A stretch of DNA of 64,000 nucleotides. Source: Pseudovirgaria hyperparasitica. Taxonomy: Eukaryota. The translations under genes and the position numbers were made by a program. The DNA is taken from the NCBI GenBank assembly GCA_010093815.1, contig ML996567.1; one strand, 5' to 3'. Shown here in pieces: positions 1-10,369 of this stretch. Position 1 is the stretch's first letter, and every line of letters starts with the position of its first letter. The notes under the pieces were generated by a model that was not told the DNA's origin, searched no databases, and saw nothing but the letters and a program-made list of their open reading frames with translations.

Positions 1-3000
1 AACGCAATGGCATCGACGCCGTACTGACTCGTCGATCGTGTGTAGTCTCCTAAGCTTCCCGCGCGAATGAAACTCAGAGGTAGTCGCTCATTGTCCACGT
101 CTAATAGTAGAACTGTCTTGCCTCGATAGCTCACAGCCAGGGAAGTATAGTCATCAGAAAAAACTGCCAGACTAGGTGACTGACTAGGAAACTGCTCTAG
201 ATCGGAACTGTCTATGCTTCCGACAAGATTTATCACGTTTATCTCAATACCATCGCCTACCCGTAGAGTTCGCAAGGTATTATCTCGACAGGCCACCAGT
301 AAGAGTTCGTCATCAATGGTAAACATTGCTGACATTATTGGATGCGTCACACCATGCTTCCATAAATTTTCTCCGGTATCTGTGTCCCAAAGACAGGCAT
401 GCCGCAATCCGATTGTAAGAAGCCAGCGCTCATCGTTGGCGAATTGCACGAGCTTTACCCGCTCAGCATGGCATAAGGTCTTTGTCAGTTGGAAAGAACC
501 GCCGTCGTAAAGTTTGACTGCGCCTTTAGATAAACCAATCGCGAATAGTCTCTCGCCATAAGTGACGGCAGTCGTCTGAGCACCTTGAAAGTCAATTCGC
601 GCTAGACAATCGTCCCAAGACTTTTGATACAGCCCCTTCACAAGGAGACCACGCTGTCTAGCCGAGTACATCCGGGCGATGATAGAGTCAGAAGGACATA
701 TTGGAGGTATCAACGAATGGATCGAGGACGGTGAGGCAAGCAGCTGAGAACGAAATTTGGCACTAACGCGAATCAGGTCTGTGGCCCATAGCTGTACTGT
801 TTCGACTTCTCGAGATACTGGAGGATAATGTTTTGCTCGTCGCTCTAAGAAAGCTCCCAGGTTCTTAGCGGCTCGTATCAATATTCCAAGGTCCTTTGAT
901 CGGGCCGCGTATTCGATCCAGGAAAATACATTTCCTTTGAAGAACAAACACAGTTCTTCAAGTGGACCAGGATGTACCGATGTGGATCTATATATGTGGT
1001 CCGAGAAAAACGAACAAACATATCCTTCAAAGGCACTCTTCGAAGCAGGGTTGTCTGGTTTGAAGGGCTTCGTATTGCTAAACGACCGTCGTGCAACGAA
1101 AGGAGGACGGCCATTCAGGATCTTCTGTTCTCTGAACCAGTCACTGGACAAGAATCGAGCGCAAATGCTTGCTAGATAGGCGTGGCTCACTTTCCTGTCG
1201 ATTTGCAGCTCAGGGATGCAATTCTGCGCGATCATGAACTCCTTGGCAGTTTGATGAACCATTTGCACACGCGAGGCGTGATCGATAAAGACTAGATGGC
1301 CACAAATGGAAGCAATAGACTGTTCCAGTCCATGCACAGTCTCCTTTATGTCTAGCTTGAGCGCATACTGCAGCTCTTGGACCGTCAAGGGGCGGATGGC
1401 ACAGACGCACCAGGTCAAAATCGCTCGAGCTAACTTCGTGTTTCGATTTGACTTGAGAATATTGCGAAGCATCCTGGCGTAGACATCATTCATGTCCGGA
1501 GGTACTTCATTTAGGACACTTTCGATGGCTTCTTCACTATACGTAGTTTTGAGTTCCCGTACAATGAGCCGTACCCACAAGAAAGAGCCATTGGCCTTAG
1601 TGAGAAGTTGCTCCTCAAGCCATGCCCTGGTATCACCATACCCCACTGGCAGTTGATCCATCATTGAGTCAAGGTATATCTTGACGTCTCTTGCCGTATC
1701 AGCTGCCGATATTTGACGCTGTACCACCGATCCCTTCATAGTCCCAAAAGCATGCTCTATTTCGGGGATCCTACGACTTGTTATCAGAATGCGCAGATTT
1801 GGCGGTGGTCGACCAAGTAACGAAAAGAGTGCATGACTATTGCTGCATTCATCAAGTCCATCAATGACCCAATGATGAAATTGTGAACCTTCAAGGGGAA
1901 AAAGACATCTTTGAAAGAGTTTCCGCCAGACTGCCCTCTCATCCTCTCGATCCCAGGATACGTCTTCTTTCTGAAGCTCCATCATCTTGTTCCTTGAGAT
2001 AGAATCAATGAAGGCCATCTGCAGTGCCAACGACCGGAGACAGTCAGATACCGTCGAACGCCCAGTGACGCCGTCCTTGAAAAAGAAGTAACTACAGCTA
2101 GACCCATCCCCTCGAAGCTCGTGGATTACATGGCTTGCTAGAACAGACTTGCCAGAAGCAGCGTTACCACTCAACCAAAGAAAGGGAGGCGATTTGCGAG
2201 AGAAGTTTCGCCAGCTATCAAAGACTACATCGTCGCTGAACCACTTGCAAGACCCAAGAGCACGATTCTCATCAAGCACCATCAGATCGTCCTCGGGTAA
2301 GTCGGGTATGGCGGTCAAAATCTTCAGACCATCGAGCTTTTGCTCGGACGGGTTTGTATTATTAGAGTATTCTAGTTCTCGTTAGTATGGCGACTCTGCA
2401 ACCCGTATGGCCCAATCAACCTTCGGAAACCACAGCATCGACTGTCGCGCTTAACGCATTACGCACAATCTTGTAGTTGGAATCGTCCGCCGAGTCAAAC
2501 TTGCAGACGCCTCTGTGGTCTGCATATATGCATTCAAACCGCTCTCCAGCAAACCCGAGAGTCGCTGAGTCTTTGTCGACTATGAGAGCGGATGCGAGGC
2601 CAATCTTGCTAGGTTGCGACTCAAAAAATGAGCGTAGGTGGAGGTCTTCAGCATACTGGCGAAAAGTCTCGTTGATGGTCGAAATGGAACTTGAGCTTGG
2701 ATCGAGCTCGTCCACAAAAGGCTTCGAACCACTGACTAATCTTAGGATGTTCCTGAGCGTACGAGCCATATCAGATCCGCGATGGGGAGTGGCCAAGAAA
2801 TGTATAGCCCTGACGCGGCTTGCAAACTCGCTATACAATGCCTTCTGTCGTGCCACGACATAGGCCTATCACAGAATCAGCACACGGCTGTGACCAATAT
2901 CTTTCCACTCCAAACCTTTTTGATCACAATCCCTCCCATACTATGGCCGACTAAGATGATTTTGGTCTGTTGACGAGGTCTTCGTATGTTACCATATTAC

Positions 3001-3467
3001 TCCATGGTTTTGACGTACCCTTGATCTCCTGATGTGAGGACTATCTTGGACTTCACCCAATAGCGAATGTGCAAAGTCTTGTATGTTCAGGATACTCTCA
3101 CGCCTCTCACTCCAGTCAGCCTTGTAGCCAAAGCTGTGAATGCGGACATTCTCAAAATCAGGATCGTTTGGTAACCATTCCTTTGGCCAGAAATGGAAGT
3201 TCGAGGACGATTTCGACCACGTCTTGCGAGATCCGCCACCTAACCCATGGACGAAAATGAGGTCGATCAGCGGCGTGGGCACTGCAGACAACAGATGCAA
3301 GCCCAAAGGGCCCTTTGCTTCATCTGTGGAAAGGTCGATAGATTCATTGATACTTTCAACACCTGGCTTTCGTTGTGAATTTGACGTCGACCGTCTCCAG
3401 AGCTGTTGGTTGTATGGTCAGCCTAATACTATATAGTAATTAGTCCAGCTCCACATACCGAGTTCAT
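1..3467 (-). CDS. NLR-like protein: N-terminal alpha/beta-hydrolase (SesB-like) + NACHT + WD40-like C-terminal region; 3' end lies outside the window
   Basis: Spliced model begins with micro-exon MNS (3467-3459). Hydrolase motifs IFVHGLGG, GHSMGG and FLATPHRGS. Walker A LWLSGNAASGKS (~2146-2180), Walker B WVIDGLDEC, and a GSFLWVRL motif. WD-like segments (HAERVKLVQF...LWDTDTG) lie below ~550. Confidence 0.88.
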
Positions 3468-4115
3468 GGCAGTTTTCCAAGTCAGCACTAGACTAGAGTC
3501 TATCGTACTAATTTGATGAAAGTCACTGCATGTCCCAACTACTCATTAGAGTCTGTAAGGAATGACAAAGTTGTTCGCACTGGAAGCCTGAGTATCTTCA
3601 AGTTTGAAGGCGGGGCAACGAGAACCATCTGCAATTTATTATTAGAAGCAAAATTACTGGCCAATCGCAGACACTGTCGATCTGCATGGATATACGAGCC
3701 TTACTAGACTGGCGCCTGGTGTGCTGTTTTCGAGTCGACCCCGTTCTAGTGAAATGTCGATGCGACGAAAATTGGACCATTGAGTCAGGTGAAAGAAATG
3801 ATGCTCACGTATCGACACGAGCGGCTAAAGTGGGCGTCAACTGTTGAACAAGCAGATTCCCACTTTGACAGTTGAGATGTGATGGTGATCAATTTGTCCT
3901 GGCGCACTGCGACCCACTTATTTTAGCGCGAAACGGGCTGAGGGCGCCAGAATGCAGCTGCAGTCGCGATAGAGTCTGAGGGTTCTGACTATATCAGTCG
4001 ATGCCGAGGGCAAGTAATGGTACACCTCCTCAAACTTTGCAGCGGCTGTAGGACTAATTTTCTCGGGATCGAAAGGACCGGTGCTCTCCTCCCAATTTTT
4101 CGCTGATTGATTTAT

Positions 4116-5289
4116 ATGATGGATGCCATTTCCAAGCACGGAATCGACGAGAATGTGCTGAGGAGTAAGCTAATCGTATATAGTGTCATGACCCAAGATG
4201 TTAATATCGCCAGGCCTGCCGTCCGTGGCGTCTGTAACTAAAATCTCTCGTCATGGAGCATCGGCTTGGACAAAGCGCTTCCGAATCGATGTACAGCACA
4301 CTGACCAGACTAAGGCGAGTTACTTCATGAAGCTGTCTTTGGACCATCACGGAAAAGAAGCGTTGAAAGGAGAGTACGAGGGAACAGCTGCACTGCATGA
4401 CCTTGCCCCTGAACTGGTGCCCAAGCCAATTGCCTGGGGCTCTCTCGAGTCCAAAGAAGATACGCATTTCTATCTGACCAAGTTCTACGAGCTCGGTGAA
4501 CAGTTACCGAGTGAGGCCGATTTCTGCAAACGGTTGGCAGATCTCCACCATAAACATTGCTCTCCGAACGGAAAATATGGTTTCCATGTTACTACGTACA
4601 ATGGTGATCTGCCACAAGACAACACCTACGCTGATACGTGGGAAGAATTCTTCGTGAACGGGCTAAAGCATGTTCTTGCACTCAATCGCGAACGAGGTGG
4701 CGTTTCGGAAGAATTAGAGAGTCTCGTTCCGGATTTGTTGGAGAAGGTAATACCTCGACTCCTGAGACCTTTAGAAACGGGGGGGAACTCTATCAAGCCG
4801 TCTCTTGTGCACGGTGACCTGTGGTGTGGGAACGCAGCCATCGATCAAGAGGATGACAAGCCAATCATTTTCGATCCGTCGAGCTTTTGGGCACACAACG
4901 AATGTGAGTAGAGACATGTAGATTGTGCTGTGGTCGAATTTTGCTGACGAGAAGCTAGATGAGCTTGGTAATTGGCGGCCTGCACGGAACAAGTTTTCGC
5001 AGAGTTACTTCAACGCGTATCACTCCCACTTTCCGAAAGCTTCCCCAGAAGAGGACTACGATGACCGTAATGCGCTTTATGCCTTGTGAGAAGTCCTATC
5101 GCTATACCTGACTTTAATCCTCTTCCGGCTGACCTCAATAGACGTTTCAACCTGCATGCGGCAACTTTGTTTCCTAACATGGCAAGCTTCCGAGAAATGG
5201 TTATTGAGGAGGCAAGAAGGTTGATTGCGAAGTTTCCTGAGGGCTACGACAGCTGGGCTCAGGCAAGTGCTGGGGCCTCGGAACATTGA
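4116..5289 (+). CDS. Fructosamine/ketosamine-3-kinase family protein (4 exons)
   Basis: MMDAISKHGIDENVLR, then a GTAAGC intron. Motifs GKYGFHVTTYNG, PSLVHGDLWCGN, IFDPSSFWAHNE, YELG-like and DDRNALYAL. Confidence 0.9.
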
Positions 5290-5526
5290 TGACTGGCAAG
5301 CTGAATGATCAACACGAGACAGATTTCGTTTTCAGCTGTTTACACAAGGGTCAGGCTTTAAGGACTGAGATTTGACATTGATTCATGCGGTCCCTCGCGT
5401 CTTTAGCTCAAAACGTGACAGTCGGCTGAGACACGTGCTTTGAAAGTTAATTTGAGAATGGCTGCAATTCCTGGTCTGGCTGTGTCGATATCATATTCAA
5501 TCTCTGCTCTAATTATAGGTGCGACA

Positions 5527-6860
5527 TTACTGTTCGGTCGGCTCATCATGCTTTTCGTCGAATATGTCAAAACCAATATAGTCTCTGGGTTGGAGGTAGC
5601 GTATCTCGCCAGTCTCCTTGTACACTTGATCCACTGTCTGGAGACTCTCTGGACTTAACTTCTGTAGGCTCTTGCAAAGATTCTCCTGTAAGCGACTCTC
5701 TTGGGAAGTCTTGGGAACGGCAGACAGTCCACGTGTCAATAGCCATGACAGTAGCACCTGCGCTGGTGTCAAATCAAGCTTTCCAGCAAGAGTTATAATC
5801 TAAGTGAAAACATTAGCTAAAGTATTTACCTATACAGCTCTTAATCGTACTTTCGGATGTAAGAGAGGAACTGGGATGTCCTTGTGTTCCTTTACCGCGT
5901 CGATCGGAGCACCACCGAGAGGCTGATGTGCTGTTACATGGATGTTCTTATCGTGGCAGAATGAGATCAACTCATATTGTGGAAGGTAAGGGTGTATCTC
6001 TACTTGATTTACAGCTGGGGGAATGTCAGCGTCTTTTAACAGTCGTTGTAGCTTTCGTATGTTAAAGTTCGAAACACCTAAGCTGAAGTCAGCGTATAAA
6101 ACGTGAGCACACCATGGATAGACTGAACCGATGGAGCGAGCTTTCTTCGTGTGGACGAGAGCTTCCATACTCTTCCACACTTCAGGATAAGCTCGTGAGA
6201 GGTCATAATCAATCTTTGGCTGGGTCTGGTCAATTGCACAGAACGATAATACAGGACAAGCTATGTACCTTCCCATTCTCATGACGCTCTTTGATACGAT
6301 CGTTGCCTGATGACTGATATGCATGGGAAACTAAGATCCTGGATATCAGCTCGTGTTGATTGCTCAGACACAAGGTACTCACAGTGCATCATGTAGAGAT
6401 CCACTGACCCACAAAGTTGAGGTCAGCTGCCCGTCACGGCTGTGGTAATATAGCATGCGTACCATAATCCAGGTCCAGACTTTCCAGACTTCTTGCCATA
6501 GCCTCTGCGACATCACTTGGTTTGTGCCAGTTCTGATCCCTACTGTTCGTCAGATTCACAGATAGGGGGCGTCACAGTCGACACCTGAAAGACGTCATAC
6601 AGCTTTGTCGTAACAAACAGCTCTTCACGAGGCACGCCACTGTCTTTGATAAATTCTTTTATAGCTTCACCCACAGCCTTCTCGGTGCCGTAAGCAGTAG
6701 CAGTATCAATGTGCCGGTAGCCTTTCTTTAACGCAGCAAGAACAATGGCTTTCACGCGGTCTTGACCGTCGCCCTTGAATGTCCCAGTCCCGATACCAAT
6801 CGAAGGCATCTTCAGACCTTCGCCAATATCGAACTCCGTAGGTAGTGAATTCGAATCCAT
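5527..6860 (-). CDS. Aldo-keto reductase (multi-exon)
   Basis: [32 protein letters not shown], micro-exon [40 protein letters not shown]. Confidence 0.92.
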
Positions 6861-7530
6861 GATTTCGGGCGGAAGGTCTCGTCACTGGCAATTCGTCGAT
6901 TGAGAGATTGTTGTGTCAAAGCTCGTGATGGGAAGCGCAGACGGCGTGGTGGAGTGGTACATATCAGTGGGGAGGATATAATTGGTCAGTAAAAATTATT
7001 GTAGCATGACATCCAGGTCGTCAAACCCTTGATGATATAAATGATGGATAGCAAAGTGCTTCATGGTTTGAGTGGTTCTTTGTTAAGCTTCTAAATATAT
7101 TTCAAGCGGAGTTTGAATTACTGTTCGCAAGGGTTCGAAAACCGTTCTACTGGCTGCAATACTGGTGACCACTATATAGAGCATTTTATAAAACATCGCC
7201 TCACCCGTTTTTAGTCGTTGAACTTCCTACTCCTTATGGTCTCCAGTAGTGAGTGGTCATCAATGACGCTGTCGGTACGAGCCATATCGAGATAAAGATA
7301 CACGTAGGCTTTGCTACTTCAAGCGTGTCCTTTGGCCTTTGTACTTTACATGGTCTTAGGCGCACAAGCGTTCGGCGTCATGAAACGCGAGAAACGAGGC
7401 ATCAATATCATCAGGATATCATGACATTGACTACATTTGCCCTATAGAAAGCTTGCCCTTCGTGGACCTTATGCCAAGCCCAATATCACGGACTTTTCTA
7501 ATGCGCCGCGCAAAATACAAGATCCGACTT

Positions 7531-9020
7531 TTAGTTCATTTGCTTGATAAGTGCGTTGATGAACTCCTCACGGTTACCAAGATCACCACCCTCAATAAAG
7601 TGCTTGAACTTCCTTGGGCGGAAGCCACCAGTCGGGTTGCTGAGCTTGAAGGGCCACAGGAAGTTGCTGGCCTGTTTGAAGTTGGGGCCGACGGTGTAGA
7701 TCTCGTGAATCAGGTCCTCCATACAGACGATGCCATACTTGCCGAGGCTCTCCTCAATGATGTGGTTGTCAGTCAGCGGGATACGCTGCTTGTCGATCTT
7801 ACCGTATCCACGCTTGTAGATGAGCTCGCGGACGGACTTGAGGTTAGGGTACCCGTAGGCGATGAAGGGCTCGACAATCTTCAGCATCTCGAGGGTAGCC
7901 TTGGTCAAGCGAATGAAAACACCGTTGTTGATCTGGAGGAGACGGAGGAGCTGAAGAGTCTTGCGCTTCTTGGGGTCAATCTTGTTGATACTGTGACGTG
8001 TTAGGACAGGACAATCGCATTGACATAGTGCACCTACCCCTTGATGCGGACGACGAAGACCAGCTTGTTCTCAGCGGGAACGTAGAAGGAGCCTTCTTGC
8101 TTGGCAGCACGAGAGAGACGGATCTTCTCGCGCTCAAGGTCACGGTACTCCTTGACGTAGGACTCGGCGCGCTTGAAGATGACCTTGCGCTTTTCCTTGT
8201 TGGACTGTGTGAAGCTTGTTAGCATCAGACTTTGCAAGATTGAACGCAAAGAGGAGACACGTCGACGTTGTCAGTCCCGAAAGATGGTTAACGAACGACA
8301 TCATCGACCCGTAGGTCTAGCCGACATGGTTGGTAGGTTTCATCATCTTGTCGCGATGCTTCCTCTGCGCTTGGGGGGATAGGCTTACAGCGCGGCGCTT
8401 CTGAGTCTCGGCAGCGCGAGCCTCACGCTCCTTCTCTTGACTCTTGCGCTTCTTTAACAGAGTCTCGGGGACAAGAATGTCATTGTGCGAGGGGATGCTC
8501 CTAGAAGTCGATGTCAGAATGGTCTGGCGGAAAGCAATATGCTTCTGTACTCCAAGAAGAGAACTGCAGCAGGTGCGGCATTCTCAACTGGAGATTTTAG
8601 ACTCGACTTGAATTTAATCGATGAGAGTTCTCAGTGCAGGACCTGACATCTGGATGCACAGGGGTTACATGCAGGAGTTTTTCTCAAACGACAAGACCCC
8701 GAACGTGAGTTCAGGAAAAGTGCGCGCACGCGAGGGTTTCGATGCAACGAAGCACTTTCACCGTCGACGATGTGTGGCAATTGAATTTAAGAGAGAAGGT
8801 TGCCCTTCAACTCCAAGACCCCAGGCTCTGATTCTCCTAGGATAGCTAAAAGCCAAACATCGTGGGAGGATAGAGCGACAGGAAAATCGAGCTGGGTGCA
8901 AGCTGTGGAGCCGCAAATCCAGCGAGAAAGACCACGACCATCTGCATTCTCGACTTGTGTATCAGTAGCAATGGAAAGAGCAAAGACCTACGTCTTGCTG
9001 GTGGTGGTTTGCTTCGGCAT
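7531..9020 (-). CDS. RPL7: 60S ribosomal protein L7 (uL30), 4 exons
   Basis: Exons ~9020-8992, 8500-8389, 8204-8038 and 7990-7531. [51 protein letters not shown]. Confidence 0.97.
8262..8353 (-). ncRNA. Intronic box C/D snoRNA of the snR39/snR59/snR39B group
   Basis: Lies in RPL7 intron 2 (8205-8388). Box C ATGATGA (8346-8340), C'-like ATGATGT, guide ACCATCTTTCGGG complementary to conserved LSU rRNA CCCGAAAGAUGGU, box D CTGA (8274-8271), and a short terminal stem CGAC/GTCG. Confidence 0.88.
8543..8770 (-). ncRNA. Candidate H/ACA-like structured RNA in the 491-nt RPL7 intron 1
   Basis: H-box-like AGAAAA (8684-8679), followed by a hairpin closed by ACTCC/GGAGT, then ACA (8548-8546). Upstream stems AAAGTGC/GCACTTT and CCTGAAC/GTTCGGG. 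The 5' boundary is uncertain. Confidence 0.45.
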
Positions 9021-9407
9021 CTTGTCGACGAGGTTGCTGCTGGCGGTGCTGCGGTTAGTTGTCGTGAAGTCGTGAGGATCGTAAATTGTAGGGTTGCAAT
9101 TTTGCTTGGGAGAATATTCGCTTGGTCGTGGGCGCTTGGACCATGCTCGCTAGACTCGAGTCACGTGGCGATAGCGATTGATCGCAACCTCACATGGGCT
9201 AAGTCATCACCACTGTGCTTCCGTGACCAATTCTCAGCAAAGACTACTAGTTGAAACTGGATCAAAGAGAAGCTCGAACCTTGTGCATCATATGATCACT
9301 CTTACCGAACCTCTTATCTGTTTATTTTGAGCATTGTCTTTCTCTCTAATTTAGCATGCGACACGACATAGCATAACTACTGATACCCGTAGCACTCACC
9401 CCTCAAC

Positions 9408-10229
9408 ATGTCTTCGAATCGCCGCGGCGTCGGCCTCTCCGCCTTCTCTCGCTCTTCCATAGCAGCCTCACAATATGCATCCCACGGCTCAAATTTGCGC
9501 GCCACTCAGTCAACCTCCTTCCAAACCCAGCTCTCCGTCTTCCAAAACCTCCTCCATCAATTCAGTATCACCCATGCTAAGGAGATCCGATCAAACCCTA
9601 GCTTCCGCGCCGAGTTTGCACGCATGTGTAATGCCATCGGCGTGGATCCTCTGGCAAGTAGTCATCATAAAGGGAAGAAAGAAGGAGGTAGCCTGTGGGC
9701 ACAGATGTTAGGGGAGAGTGTCAATGACTTCTACTTCGAACTTGCAGTACGTGTAGTTGAGGTGTGTAGGGAGACGAGGGGCACGAATGGTGGCTTAGTG
9801 AGCCTGGCGGAGGTGAGGAAGAGCGTCCTCAGGGGTAAGGCCATTGGTGGTGGTATGGAGGTTTCTGAGTGAGTTCATGGGCACCGCTAGCCATTAGCCG
9901 ACGTGATACTCACACAGGACAGTGATGATGTTGTTAGGGCAGTAGAATCATTGAAACCGCTTGGGTCTGGATTCACAATTATCAAGCTTGGCCACAGTCA
10001 GATGATTCGGTCCATACCAAAGGAACTGAATACTGACCAGTCGACTGTTTTGGAAGCGATACAGGTGCTCGGATACGTTACCGTGTCAATGCTCCAGGTC
10101 AACCTTGAGTGGGAACGAGCCCGAGCAAAGACTGTGATCGATGATCTAATGGGCGATTCCCTCGTGTGGGCTGACAAGCAAGCCGAGGAGACGGAGTACT
10201 GGTCGCCAGCATATACACAAGGAACGTGA
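9408..10229 (+). CDS. SNF8: ESCRT-II subunit Snf8/Vps22 (2 exons)
   Basis: [57 protein letters not shown]. Intron ~9870-9922. Confidence 0.94.
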
Positions 10230-10369
10230 CGCTGAAGATTGTCTAAGTGGATGTGTTCCGTTTTATGACAATGCCTATAAACAATGCGGGGCATGGGTTG
10301 CGGACTTTGAGCCCAACCCACCGATTAACAACGCCGATGCAGGAAGACAGGAGAAATCCATGGGGCCGT

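Noticed and set aside
7110..7160. GGTTCGAAA T-loop-like motif suggesting a tRNA (also near 31612 and 28062)
   Set aside because: No acceptor stem, D-arm or anticodon arm could be folded around any of them.
7453..8004. 183-aa plus-strand ORF, and similar long antisense ORFs over eIF3c, the lipase and the heme lyase
   Set aside because: They are shadows of strongly codon-biased genes on the opposite strand, with no independent motifs.
8690..8770. Three-way junction in RPL7 intron 1 as a hammerhead ribozyme or TPP riboswitch
   Set aside because: It lacks the CUGANGA/GAAA/UH core in the right order and the TPP aptamer consensus, and the host gene is unrelated to thiamine.
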